Source: an uncultured Gammaproteobacteria bacterium
GTDB taxonomy: Bacteria > Patescibacteriota > Microgenomatia > UBA8517
Reading direction: 5' to 3'
DNA length: 64,000 nt
Assembly (NCBI GenBank): GCA_964541395.1
Contig: CAZIPM010000002.1
Coordinates: 41,309-105,308 of the forward strand
Shown: one piece after another, positions 37,983-47,741 of the stretch
Layout: every line of letters begins with the position of its first letter
Position numbering within the stretch: the stretch's first letter is position 1
Translations under genes and position numbers: made by a program
Notes under the pieces: model-generated
The model's input: only the letters and a program-made list of their open reading frames with translations
The model's database searches: none
What the model was told of the DNA's origin: nothing

Positions 37983-39659
37983 GTGAAAAGAATTGTGCTG
38001 TTACTTCTTCTTACTGTTATTTTGTCTGCTATTCTACTGACTAAAAATGTTTTTGGTCAAAGTAATGTCAAAACAGTAACTTTTTCCCCAACCACAGATG
38101 ATATCGCCAATCCTGAAAGAGGTTTTATGAGACAATCAAATATATTTGTTGATCAAGCTTTCGATCCTGGTAAATTAAGTGTGAAAAATGCTACCGATAC
38201 TGTTGGTTGGGTGTATTTCCATTTGGAAAATTACAGAGATCCCAGAGACGGACCGGGGGTTAATCTTCCTGACTACCAAGGTAAATCTCTGGAGCCGATC
38301 GGATCTGGGAAAGGTCTTGATACAATTAATAAAACTTTTGCAGACGCAAGAAGTAAAGGTATTAAACTTGTTATCAGATTTTTATATGTAGGTTATCCTG
38401 GTATAGGATCAAACTCAAATCCTGCAACTTCACAACCCGATGCACCAATTAATTTGGTTCAAGAACATCTTAATCAGTTGGCTCCTTTAATGGAACAACA
38501 CAAAGATGTAATCGCAGCTACACAGTTCGGTTTTGTCGGATATTGGGGTGAGTGGCATAGTTCGAAATATTTAGGTGATTTGAATTCAAGAAAAGCAGTA
38601 ATGGATGCGATGCTGGCAGCTGTACCCAAAGACAGAATGATACAGGTTAGATATCCACGTTATAAACAAGCATTCTACGGTGGTCCTCTAACTGATTCCT
38701 CCGCTTTTTCCCAATCTGATTTGGCTCGTATAGGACTTCATGACGATGCTCTTTTTAAGGATTCAACCGATGATGGTACATATAAATCTGCTACAGGAGG
38801 AACTAATATTACCAACTATTGTAATTCCACTGGGTTGACTGACGAGGCTTGCTGGAGAGACTATGTCAAAAAAGATACACCCCATGTTCCGGTTGGAGGT
38901 GAGGCTGGTACACACAGTAGTACGCCATCTACATATGCCCAATGCCCCGCTGCCTTAAATAGTTTTAAGGATTTACACTTTTCATTCCTGCATAATGGAT
39001 ATAGCATGGTTGTCTTAAACTCATGGACAGCTCAGGGATGCATGGATGAAATTAGAAAACAATTGGGCTACAGATTCGTTCTTCAAAAAACAACGCTTCC
39101 ATCCTCTTTTTCTGCAGGAGAATCTATACCTTTGCATTTGGAAATTACAAATGAAGGGTTTTCTGCAATGTATAACGACAGGCCTGTATATTTAGTTTTC
39201 GAAAATATGTCCACAGGAATAAAAGCTTCTTCAAGAATAAACGGAGCAGATCCCAGAAGGTGGAAGCCTGCACATGATCTGGCTGTAAATGTTATTGATA
39301 CCAATGTCACAGTACCTTCAAGTCTTCCACAAGGTAATTACCGAATTTATCTGTATCTGCCAGATGCTTCCGGTAATCTACAAAGTAACTCAAAATATGC
39401 AGTCAGATTTGCAAATGCTAATACTTGGAATGAATCTAGCGGATACAATTTGATTACGGACAATATCCAAATTGGTGGTGGTACCGGTCAAAAATCCCCG
39501 GATTTAAACGGTGACGGTAAAGTAAACATAGTTGATATCGGTCTGATTATTGATCACTACGCGGAATCTCCATTGATTTACACAACGGGAGATTTAAACG
39601 GTGACGGAAAAATAAATATTGTTGATGTTGGAATTATTATTGATAATTATCAAATATGA
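37983..39659 (+). CDS. Secreted DUF4874/DUF4832 putative glycoside hydrolase with C-terminal dockerin
   Basis: Signal peptide, NPERGF, GFVGYWGEWH, PVGGE, LGYRF, YAVRFAN; twin DLNGDGK.NIVD motifs. Confidence 0.85.
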   Translation: MKRIVLLLLLTVILSAILLTKNVFGQSNVKTVTFSPTTDDIANPERGFMRQSNIFVDQAFDPGKLSVKNATDTVGWVYFHLENYRDPRDGPGVNLPDYQGKSLEPIGSGKGLDTINKTFADARSKGIKLVIRFLYVGYPGIGSNSNPATSQPDAPINLVQEHLNQLAPLMEQHKDVIAATQFGFVGYWGEWHSSKYLGDLNSRKAVMDAMLAAVPKDRMIQVRYPRYKQAFYGGPLTDSSAFSQSDLARIGLHDDALFKDSTDDGTYKSATGGTNITNYCNSTGLTDEACWRDYVKKDTPHVPVGGEAGTHSSTPSTYAQCPAALNSFKDLHFSFLHNGYSMVVLNSWTAQGCMDEIRKQLGYRFVLQKTTLPSSFSAGESIPLHLEITNEGFSAMYNDRPVYLVFENMSTGIKASSRINGADPRRWKPAHDLAVNVIDTNVTVPSSLPQGNYRIYLYLPDASGNLQSNSKYAVRFANANTWNESSGYNLITDNIQIGGGTGQKSPDLNGDGKVNIVDIGLIIDHYAESPLIYTTGDLNGDGKINIVDVGIIIDNYQI

Positions 39660-39670
39660 TATGATTATTT

Positions 39671-40801
39671 ATGGCTATAACCAGTTTTAAATTTCCTCGT
39701 ATGACACTCAAATTAATTGGTTTCATTGTCCTAATTTTAAGTCTGGTGGTGGGAGTTGTTTTGGTTAAGCAAAATCAGAATGTCAATGAAAAAGCAGTGG
39801 GCACTACTGTGAGATTTGCCGTAATAGGTGACTATGGAAACGGATCAAATAACGAAGCTTCTGTAGCTAACATGGTCAAATCATTAAACCCCGAATTTAT
39901 TACAACGACTGGAGATAATAACTATCCCGATGGAGCAGCATCAACTTTTGACGATCATGTCGGTAAATACTACAGTAATTATATTTATCCCTATAAAGGC
40001 GCTTACGGATCAACTGCTACTACCAACAAATTTTTTCCTACACCTGGAAATCATGACTGGCATACTCCAGGACTCGCAGGATATCTTGATTACTTTACCC
40101 TACCTGGGAACGAAAGATATTATGACTTTGTCTCGGGACCGGTACACTTTTTCATGATTGATAGTGATCCTGCAGAACCGGATAGTAGCAAAAGTACAGG
40201 TGCTCAAGCAGCTTGGCTAAGAACTAAAATGTCAGCATCTACTGCTCCTTTTCAGTTTGTCTTTATGCACCATGCCCCATTTTCGTCCAGTACAACACAC
40301 GGTTCAAGACCTGAGATTCAATGGCCGTTTAAAGATTGGGGTGCCGATGCCGTATTTTCGGGACATGATCATACCTATGAAAGGTTATCTATAAACGGTA
40401 TTCCTTATTTTGTAAACGGGGCGGGCGGGGCAGGAATGTACCCCATCGGGGTACCGATTGCCGGAAGTCAATTTACAAACGATAACCAACATGGGGCGAT
40501 GTTGGTTGATGCAATTGCTACCCAAGCAACTTTTAAGTTTTATAACACTGCAGGAGCTGTTCTTGATAGTGTCTCAATTTCAAGTTCTGGTGGTACTCTT
40601 CCCACCGATTCTCCAACAAATCCGCCGGGTAGTACCCCTGGAGATGTCAACAAAGACGGAAAAGTTAATATAGTAGATATAGGATTAATAATAGACCATT
40701 ACGGCGAAGCCCCACTTGTTTATACCAATGCTGATTTAAATAATGACGGAAAAGTTACAATAATTGATATTGGTATTGTGATTGATAATTACGCAATTTA
40801 G
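39671..40801 (+). CDS. Secreted/anchored calcineurin-like metallophosphoesterase with C-terminal dockerin
   Basis: GDYG, GDNNY, GNHD, HH and GHDH motifs; twin D.N.DGKV.I.D motifs. Confidence 0.9.
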   Translation: MAITSFKFPRMTLKLIGFIVLILSLVVGVVLVKQNQNVNEKAVGTTVRFAVIGDYGNGSNNEASVANMVKSLNPEFITTTGDNNYPDGAASTFDDHVGKYYSNYIYPYKGAYGSTATTNKFFPTPGNHDWHTPGLAGYLDYFTLPGNERYYDFVSGPVHFFMIDSDPAEPDSSKSTGAQAAWLRTKMSASTAPFQFVFMHHAPFSSSTTHGSRPEIQWPFKDWGADAVFSGHDHTYERLSINGIPYFVNGAGGAGMYPIGVPIAGSQFTNDNQHGAMLVDAIATQATFKFYNTAGAVLDSVSISSSGGTLPTDSPTNPPGSTPGDVNKDGKVNIVDIGLIIDHYGEAPLVYTNADLNNDGKVTIIDIGIVIDNYAI

Positions 40802-40803
40802 GT

Positions 40804-42006
40804 TTACTCATATCTAATAGCGTCAATTGGAGAGAGTTTGGCAGCCCTTCGAGCAGGGAATACTCCAAATAATATTCCTATCGCCGAAGAAACTACTATT
40901 GCTACCAATACTGCAATCGGATTTAAACTTGCCGGGAAAAAGAATCTAACAACCCAAATAATAATTGCGGAAACTATTAAACCCGCAATACCTCCAAGAA
41001 GTGACAATACGATAGATTCCGTCAAAAATTGTAATAGTACATCTTTTTGAGTCGCCCCGATTGCCCGACGTATTCCTATTTCCTTTGTTCGCTCCGTTAC
41101 TGTCGCGTACATAATATTCATAATTCCAATACCTCCAACAAACAACGAAATTGAACCTATGGCAATAAGAACAGTGTTTATAATTGAAAATATTTGACTG
41201 ATAGAACTTAGCAGTTCAGATTGTTCGGTAACAGCAAAATCATCCTCATTATATCTTTTCAAAAGTGTATCCTCCGCTTTTTTCCTTGCAATGGTTATCA
41301 AATCATCGGACTTTATTCCTAAATATATTGACCAAAATTTCTTGTCAGGGTTAAGACTTCCATACGTTGCCTTATATGGAACAAAAATGGCTGTATCTAC
41401 CTGCCTGTCACCTTTTTTTTTGGAAACCCCAATCACTTTATATCTTTGATTTTCAAAGCGGATGGTTTTGCCTATTGCCGCAGCTGCTTCTTTAAACAGA
41501 TCTGTTGCCATTGTATTTCCCAAAACAGCCACTTTTGAACTTCCCTGTAAATCACTTTTTCCGAATAATTTACCGCTTTCAACTTCAATGTTCATTAACT
41601 TAAATCCATCTTCATTAATTCCCATTACACTTCCAAATTTACTGGTACCTGCACTTTCCACAGAGGTGCCTTTCATAAAAATTGGAACCACATAATCAAT
41701 TTCAGAAATTCTTGATAAACTATTAAGGTCCTGCTCGTCAAAACTAACTCCGCCTACAGTTCCCTGTCCACCAAAACCAGCTCCCCCTTCTCCGGTAAAA
41801 CCACTTCCAGGTAAGATCATTATTAAGTTTGCACCCATACTTTCAAATTGACTTTGAATATAATTTTTTAAACCAAGTCCTAGTGCAATCAATAGCACCA
41901 CTGATAACACTCCAACCATAATTCCCAGGGAGGTTAAAAATGTTCTGACTTTATTTCTTTTGAAATCATCAAAAGCAGATTTTAATAAACTTTTATACGT
42001 TTTCAT
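40804..42006 (-). CDS. ABC transporter permease, MacB/FtsX family
   Basis: RTFLTSLGI, VGGIGIMNIM, ERTKEIGIRRAIGA and PIDAIRYE motifs. Confidence 0.93.
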   Translation of the reverse strand: MKTYKSLLKSAFDDFKRNKVRTFLTSLGIMVGVLSVVLLIALGLGLKNYIQSQFESMGANLIMILPGSGFTGEGGAGFGGQGTVGGVSFDEQDLNSLSRISEIDYVVPIFMKGTSVESAGTSKFGSVMGINEDGFKLMNIEVESGKLFGKSDLQGSSKVAVLGNTMATDLFKEAAAAIGKTIRFENQRYKVIGVSKKKGDRQVDTAIFVPYKATYGSLNPDKKFWSIYLGIKSDDLITIARKKAEDTLLKRYNEDDFAVTEQSELLSSISQIFSIINTVLIAIGSISLFVGGIGIMNIMYATVTERTKEIGIRRAIGATQKDVLLQFLTESIVLSLLGGIAGLIVSAIIIWVVRFFFPASLNPIAVLVAIVVSSAIGILFGVFPARRAAKLSPIDAIRYE

Positions 42007-42680
42007 TTGTATTTACCAACAACTTTACCATCCTTAATATAAATTTGTCTTTTTGTTCTGTCTGCAACTTCTTTTTCATGGGTGACAATAATAACTGTTA
42101 CCCCAGTATTTTTATTCAGATCCTCCAGAATATCCAATATCTCATTACCTGTTTTACTATCCAGATTTCCTGTCGGTTCGTCAGCGAGTATAAGATCAGG
42201 GCTCATTATTAACGATCTGGCAATCGCTACTTTCTGTTGTTGTCCGCCTGATATTTTATTGGGGTAAAAATTAAGTCTGTCCCCCATACCAAATTTAGAT
42301 AAAAGACCGTTTGCTTTTTTAATTGGATCAAAATCGAGTCTACCTTTAAAATAAGTGGCTGGCAGAACAACATTTTCCAAAACCGTCAATTTGTTTATTA
42401 AATTAAATTGCTGGAAAACAAATCCGACAAATTTATTTCTGAGAATCGAAAGACTATCATCTGACAACCTTGATATGTCTTTGCCGTTTATATGGATTCT
42501 TCCTTCAGTGGGTTGATCCAATAAACCAATGATATGCATCAAAGTAGATTTACCGGAGCCTGATGAGCCTAAAATCGAAGTGTATTCTCCCCTTTTAATT
42601 TTTAGAGTAACATTATCAACTGCAATTACTTTTTCCTCACCAAGATAATAAGTCTTTGAAACATTGTTTAAATTAATCAT
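42003..42680 (-). CDS. ABC transporter ATP-binding protein (LolD/MacB-like)
   Basis: GSSGSGKST, ISGGQQQ and ADEPTGNLD motifs. Confidence 0.95.
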   Translation of the reverse strand: MINLNNVSKTYYLGEEKVIAVDNVTLKIKRGEYTSILGSSGSGKSTLMHIIGLLDQPTEGRIHINGKDISRLSDDSLSILRNKFVGFVFQQFNLINKLTVLENVVLPATYFKGRLDFDPIKKANGLLSKFGMGDRLNFYPNKISGGQQQKVAIARSLIMSPDLILADEPTGNLDSKTGNEILDILEDLNKNTGVTVIIVTHEKEVADRTKRQIYIKDGKVVGKYK

Positions 42681-43683
42681 AGATTAGCTGACCTTCGGAA
42701 ATAGCACCTATTACTTCCACATTTTCTTCAGATTCGATACCTGTATTAATATATACTTTGCCTTTTTTTTCATCTGTTTTTAGGTATGACCCGGTTTTAT
42801 CCTGTTTGATAAAATTTGCAGGTACAAAAAGTGTATTTTCTTTTTCGGAAATAACAAATTTCGCATCTCCTGTCATGGCAATTTTAAACCTAGAATCATT
42901 TAATTTAATTCCTGTAAATTCTACTTTTACGGAATATACTGAACCGGATTCTCCTACTTTAGGAGTAAATGAAATTCTATCTATCCGACCTTCAAAAGTT
43001 TTGTCGGTAAACGGATCAATAACAATTTCAACTTTTTGACCTACTGACAGTTTTATTACTTCTGTCTGATCGGCAACCACGTCAAAATAAATTGTAGTGG
43101 GATCAATCAATTCAGCTTCTGTCTGACCGACAGACGCAAATACTTGCGTGAATGGATGTGCAAGATAAGTCACATAACCAGTAAAGGGGGCATATAAACT
43201 GGCACCGTCTAAATTTCTTTTAGCAGCGATTACTCCTTCATACGCTTTATCTTTATTAACCTCTGCAGTTGTTCTTAGATCTTTTTGGGCAAAGGTTTCA
43301 TCACCCGTGTGGTCTTTGACTTGATTATAGACATTTTCGACTGTTGCCTGGTAAAGTCTTAAGTTGGCTTGAGCTATTTGATAATTGCTATTTAAAACTG
43401 TGGTGTCTAGTTTGGATAATAATTTTCCTTTATTTACAAAATCCCCCTCGGTTACCCCGATATAGACTATTTTTCCGGATGATTCAAATGAAAGTTTGGC
43501 ATAATTTGAGGCGTTAACAGATCCAGATAAAACAAGTTCTTCTGAAATTTTACCTTTTTGTATTTCTGTTGTTTTTATTTCTTTATTAGAATTTCTAAAA
43601 ACAAAAAATAAAATTCCTCCTAAAACAATTAGGATAAACAGGACAAGTTTCCATCTTTTTGCTGCCAAACGAATTATTTTCAT
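42673..43683 (-). CDS. Efflux periplasmic adaptor (MacA-like membrane fusion protein)
   Basis: N-terminal TM, lipoyl-like half motifs (V.EGD.V.KG.LL; APFTG.V), operon context. Confidence 0.88.
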   Translation of the reverse strand: MKIIRLAAKRWKLVLFILIVLGGILFFVFRNSNKEIKTTEIQKGKISEELVLSGSVNASNYAKLSFESSGKIVYIGVTEGDFVNKGKLLSKLDTTVLNSNYQIAQANLRLYQATVENVYNQVKDHTGDETFAQKDLRTTAEVNKDKAYEGVIAAKRNLDGASLYAPFTGYVTYLAHPFTQVFASVGQTEAELIDPTTIYFDVVADQTEVIKLSVGQKVEIVIDPFTDKTFEGRIDRISFTPKVGESGSVYSVKVEFTGIKLNDSRFKIAMTGDAKFVISEKENTLFVPANFIKQDKTGSYLKTDEKKGKVYINTGIESEENVEVIGAISEGQLIYD

Positions 43684-43706
43684 AGTTAGATAATATTGGA
43701 TTTATT

Positions 43707-44135
43707 TTATCTTTTTGGTGATTGTTTCTGTCTTCTGGCTTTACCACCAGTTCCAACCATTCTTCGAAGCCTACGTCTCGAATCACGAGTCAGAAGTCCT
43801 AATTTTTTAAGAGGTTTTCTGTATTTATCACCGTCCAAACCAGTTAATGCTCTTGATATCCCATGAACTAATGCATCTAATTGTCCTTTTTTACCTCCAC
43901 CGGTAACCTTCGCAGTAAAATAATATTTATCTAAAGTTTCGGTTTCTACAAGTGGTTTTTCTATAACTGTTTTAGAAGCCTTGCCAGGAAAATAATCAAA
44001 TACTTTTTTATTATTAACTAAGCTATCTTCTTTACCTTTTAAAAGGCGTACACGGGCAGAAGAAGTTTTTCTTCTTCCTAATGCTTTGGTATATTTACGA
44101 TCAATTGATTTTTTATTAATTAAATTTTGCTTCAT
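43707..44135 (-). CDS. rpsI: 30S ribosomal protein S9
   Basis: GRRKTSSARV, GGGKKGQ and KARRQKQSPKR. Confidence 0.96.
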   Translation of the reverse strand: MKQNLINKKSIDRKYTKALGRRKTSSARVRLLKGKEDSLVNNKKVFDYFPGKASKTVIEKPLVETETLDKYYFTAKVTGGGKKGQLDALVHGISRALTGLDGDKYRKPLKKLGLLTRDSRRRLRRMVGTGGKARRQKQSPKR

Positions 44136-44532
44136 ATTTATGTTTACTGCCTGAAAATATAAATAATCTGGCCATTCTGTCTGCTTTTAATCTGTTGTCG
44201 GGAAGCATTCCCGAGACAGCTTTTTCAACAATTTTGTTTGGTTGCTCTTTGTTCATCTTTTCAAAACTTACTTCTTTAAATCCACCTGGATACCCAGAAT
44301 GGCTTCGATATACTTTTTGTTCTGTTTTTTTACCCGTTAAAACAATGTCTTTTGAGTTAACTACAACCACATAATCACCGCTATCCATATGGGCCGAATA
44401 ATCAGCTTTTTGTTTCCCCATTAAAAATGTAGCGATCTGGGTCGCGCTTCTACCTAAGATCTGGCCTTTAATATCAATTAAATGCCAACTTCTTTTAACT
44501 TGTTTTTGTGTTGGCTGGTAAGTCTTTTTCAT
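44116..44532 (-). CDS. rplM: 50S ribosomal protein L13
   Basis: WHLID..GQILGR, HSGYPGG and GMLP. Confidence 0.96.
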   Translation of the reverse strand: MKKTYQPTQKQVKRSWHLIDIKGQILGRSATQIATFLMGKQKADYSAHMDSGDYVVVVNSKDIVLTGKKTEQKVYRSHSGYPGGFKEVSFEKMNKEQPNKIVEKAVSGMLPDNRLKADRMARLFIFSGSKHKYEAKFN

Positions 44533-44926
44533 TCTTTTTGACAACTTTCTTTTCTTTTTCAGAAACTATTTGTTTAACAAATTCCATTCTAACCATTGCT
44601 GCCATATCACCTAAACGGTTAGGTAAAGTAACAATTCTGGTAAAACCACTGTTTCTGTCGTCAAATTCTTTGGCAATATCACGCCAAAGAATTGTTGCAA
44701 CTTTTTTATTTCCTCTTAATTTAGAAAGAACATTACGTTTAGAGACAAGAGTACCTTTTTTAGACAAAACAACTAATTTGTCAATTAAGGGAATTAATGC
44801 TTTTGCCTTGGCTTTGGTCGTAATAATCTTTTTATGCACCACCAAATTTTCCGCAAGGGTTACGAAAAGAGCTTCTCTGGAAGATCTTTCTCTTGAGAGT
44901 TTTCTTCCAAAAACCTTTTTCCTCAT
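44495..44926 (-). CDS. rplQ: 50S ribosomal protein L17
   Basis: RKLSR, IITTKAKAK, SGFTRI and RLGDMA. Confidence 0.96.
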   Translation of the reverse strand: MRKKVFGRKLSRERSSREALFVTLAENLVVHKKIITTKAKAKALIPLIDKLVVLSKKGTLVSKRNVLSKLRGNKKVATILWRDIAKEFDDRNSGFTRIVTLPNRLGDMAAMVRMEFVKQIVSEKEKKVVKKNEKDLPANTKTS

Positions 44927-44950
44927 ATTAAAAAGTCTAAGCGATAAAGC

Positions 44951-45859
44951 TTAGAACTCTACTCCTTTCTCGCCAAGTGCTGCTGCAATAATCTTTAATG
45001 ATTTCTCTCCCAAATTTCTTACTTTTACCAATTCTGTTTTATCTGCTTTTATCAGATCCTCAACTGTTTCAAATCCTGCCTTATTTAAAGCATTTGCTAC
45101 CCTGGTTGGAAGTCCTATTTCTTCAACAGATAATCTTCCGACTGATCCCAAATTTACTCCTTCATCAACGATTGGGGCTGCTACAGCTTTTTTAGGACTG
45201 ACAATCTGCTTAAAGTATTCAACTAAGATATTTGCTGCCTGTACTAACGTGTCTTTTGGACCGACAGTTCCGTCCGTCCAAACTTCCATAGTTAATTTGT
45301 CAAAATTAGTAAGTCTTCCTACACGGGTTTCTTCAACTTTATAGTTGACTCTTAGTACCGGTGAAAAAGATGCGTCCAAAGGAATTAGTCCAATCTCTTT
45401 AATGGATTTGGAGTCTGCAGTAACATATCCTACTCCGTTTTCAATAACAAGATCTGCATCAAGTTTTGCCCCCTTGTTTAAAACTGACAAAACCAGTTCC
45501 GGATTAGCAATCTTTACATCACTAGGTACTTTTATATCTCCTGCTTTGACCTCTCCTGATGTTGTGACTTTTAAACTGGCTCTGACAGGACCTTCTCCAG
45601 TATAAGTTAAGCGAACCTTTTTAAGGTTCAAGCAGAATTCTACTACATCCTCTTTCATTCCAACTAAGGAAGAAAACTGATGTCTGACACCGGCGATTTT
45701 AACAGATGTAAAAGCAGCACCATGTAAAGAAGTCAAAAGTACTCTTCTTAAGGAATTACCTAATGTATAACCATACCCCTGTTCCAAAGGAGTTATGACT
45801 AAAGTAGCATAATCTTTTTTTGATTCTATTTCTTGTATTTCAAATAATGGTTGCGACAT
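44951..45859 (-). CDS. rpoA: RNA polymerase alpha subunit
   Basis: PLEQGYGYTLGNSLRRVLL, DASFSPV and NLGEKS. Confidence 0.98.
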   Translation of the reverse strand: MSQPLFEIQEIESKKDYATLVITPLEQGYGYTLGNSLRRVLLTSLHGAAFTSVKIAGVRHQFSSLVGMKEDVVEFCLNLKKVRLTYTGEGPVRASLKVTTSGEVKAGDIKVPSDVKIANPELVLSVLNKGAKLDADLVIENGVGYVTADSKSIKEIGLIPLDASFSPVLRVNYKVEETRVGRLTNFDKLTMEVWTDGTVGPKDTLVQAANILVEYFKQIVSPKKAVAAPIVDEGVNLGSVGRLSVEEIGLPTRVANALNKAGFETVEDLIKADKTELVKVRNLGEKSLKIIAAALGEKGVEF

Positions 45860-45925
45860 AAAGTATCACCTCCTCAAAATAACAGAGTTTTTAAAACTCC
45901 GTAAAAAAATTACCGACGAGATGGA

Positions 45926-45954
45926 ATTTTATCAGTTTATTGAGTAATGATCAA
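45926..45954 (-). promoter_or_regulatory. Internal promoter for rpoA
   Basis: TTGATC-17 nt-(TGA)TAAAAT on minus strand. Confidence 0.55.
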
Positions 45955-45971
45955 CCTGATCAATACAAATA

Positions 45972-46571
45972 TTATCTTGAGTAAAATTCTACTATATCTT
46001 GTTCAGATACAGGTTCGACGATATCTGTTCTGGTTGGTTCTTTAGAAATCCTTCCGACAATAGCTTTTCTCTCAAGCCATTTAGGAAGAATATATTCCTT
46101 ATCCAGTAATGCTTTTTTGACTGCCGGAATCTCCTGTGCCTTACTACCAATAGACACTGTCTGTCCCACTTTAACATTATAAGAGGCAATGTTTACTTTC
46201 TTACCGTCTACAAAGACGTGTCTATGGGAAACAACCTGTCTGGCCATTGGTCTGCTCGGAGCAAAACCTAACCTATAAACAACATTATCAAGTCTTTTTT
46301 CCAATAGAACCAACAATGCTTCTCCTGTGTTTCCTTTTGATTTCAATGCTTTTCCTACATATATTCTAAATTGGGATTCCATTATCCCGTACATTCTTTT
46401 GACTTTTTGTTTTTCCCTCAATTGTCTTCCAAATTGGGACATGCCACGACTACCTTTCGGTCCGTGTTGTCCGGGAGTAATGTTAAGCCTGGTAAGCTTT
46501 GCTCCTTTTCCAAAAAGATCGACCCCTTCTCGTCTGGATAATCTGTCTTTAGGTCCTGTATATCGTGTCAT
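45972..46571 (-). CDS. rpsD: 30S ribosomal protein S4
   Basis: MTRYTGP, QLREKQK and RLDNVVYRLG. Confidence 0.97.
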   Translation of the reverse strand: MTRYTGPKDRLSRREGVDLFGKGAKLTRLNITPGQHGPKGSRGMSQFGRQLREKQKVKRMYGIMESQFRIYVGKALKSKGNTGEALLVLLEKRLDNVVYRLGFAPSRPMARQVVSHRHVFVDGKKVNIASYNVKVGQTVSIGSKAQEIPAVKKALLDKEYILPKWLERKAIVGRISKEPTRTDIVEPVSEQDIVEFYSR

Positions 46572-46594
46572 ATATTTAATTTAAGTAACTAAAC

Positions 46595-46936
46595 TTAGAC
46601 TCTCCTTTTCTTTTTTGGTCTTGGTCCATTGTGTGCGATTGGTGTGACATCTGCAATCAGGGCAATTTTAACTCCACTTGATCGTATTGATCTAAGCGCT
46701 GCATCCCTGCCCGGTCCGGGTCCTTTTAGAAAAACTTCAACTTCTGTAATACCCTTTGTCTTCGCTTTGCCCATTACTGTCTCTACTGCTGATGTTGCAG
46801 CAAAAGGAGTTGATTTTCTGGTACCCTTAAAACCTGATGCCCCGGATGATCCCCAAGCCAAACTTGCACCTTTATCATCACACACATTAATTAATGTGTT
46901 ATTAAATGATGCCGATATGTAAACTTTTCCTAACAT
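46595..46936 (-). CDS. rpsK: 30S ribosomal protein S11
   Basis: ASFNNT, RKSTPFAA and DVTPIAHNG. Confidence 0.97.
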   Translation of the reverse strand: MLGKVYISASFNNTLINVCDDKGASLAWGSSGASGFKGTRKSTPFAATSAVETVMGKAKTKGITEVEVFLKGPGPGRDAALRSIRSSGVKIALIADVTPIAHNGPRPKKKRRV

Positions 46937-46948
46937 ATATTTTATTTT

Positions 46949-47356
46949 TTATAAATTTCTATTTTTATCTGCTGGTTTTTGAGCCATTGCTTCTTTTTTA
47001 AATGCTCCGACTGTTTTTCTCTTTCCTCTTTTTGTTCTGGCATTGGTTTTGGTTCTTTGTCCTCTTGAAGGAAGGCCCTTTGTGTGCCTCATTCCACGGT
47101 ATGATCCGATTGCTTGTAGTCTTTGGATATTTGCCCTGACACGTCTTACTAAATCACCTTCGGTGGGGTTTTCATCTAAAGTTGAAGTAATTCTTCCAAT
47201 GTCCTCTGAGGTGAGATCTTTGACTCTTTTTGTTTTATCAAAACCTAAAGTTTCCATAATATCTCTGGAGACACTCCAACCTACACCTTTAATGCGGGTC
47301 AGCGCAAAATCTAACTTCCAATTGTCATTTAATTCTATTCCTGCAATTCTTGCCAT
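46949..47356 (-). CDS. rpsM: 30S ribosomal protein S13
   Basis: MARIAG, YRGMRH and RGQRTKTNARTKRG. Confidence 0.97.
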   Translation of the reverse strand: MARIAGIELNDNWKLDFALTRIKGVGWSVSRDIMETLGFDKTKRVKDLTSEDIGRITSTLDENPTEGDLVRRVRANIQRLQAIGSYRGMRHTKGLPSRGQRTKTNARTKRGKRKTVGAFKKEAMAQKPADKNRNL

Positions 47357-47383
47357 AATTATTTCGCTTTGTCCAATTAGTAC

Positions 47384-47497
47384 TTATCCTTGTCTTACCT
47401 TATGCCTGGGATTTTTACAAATTATACGCAAAACTCCACCTCTTTTAATAAGCTTGCAATCCTTACATCTTTTTTTGACTGATGCTAATACTTGCAT
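47384..47497 (-). CDS. rpmJ: 50S ribosomal protein L36 (missed by ORF track)
   Basis: [37 protein letters not shown]. Confidence 0.95.
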   Translation of the reverse strand: MQVLASVKKRCKDCKLIKRGGVLRIICKNPRHKVRQG

Positions 47498-47516
47498 TTT
47501 TTATTTTTTTCTAAAA

Positions 47517-47732
47517 TTAATACTTATACACTATCCTACCCCTGGCTTCATCATAGGGAGTCATTTCTACTTTAACCCTGTCTCCCGGAAAAACTCTGAC
47601 ATAAGCCTTTCTCATCTTTCCTTTTAAAGTTGTCAGAACCACTCTTTTATCGACAAGCTCCACCCTGAACATAGTGTTGGGCAGAAGCTGCGTGACTACT
47701 CCATCGACCTCAATATTTTTAGTGTCATTCAT
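47517..47732 (-). CDS. infA: Translation initiation factor IF-1
   Basis: LPNTMFRVEL and GDRVKVEMTPYD. Confidence 0.97.
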   Translation of the reverse strand: MNDTKNIEVDGVVTQLLPNTMFRVELVDKRVVLTTLKGKMRKAYVRVFPGDRVKVEMTPYDEARGRIVYKY

Positions 47733-47741
47733 ACAAAAAAA

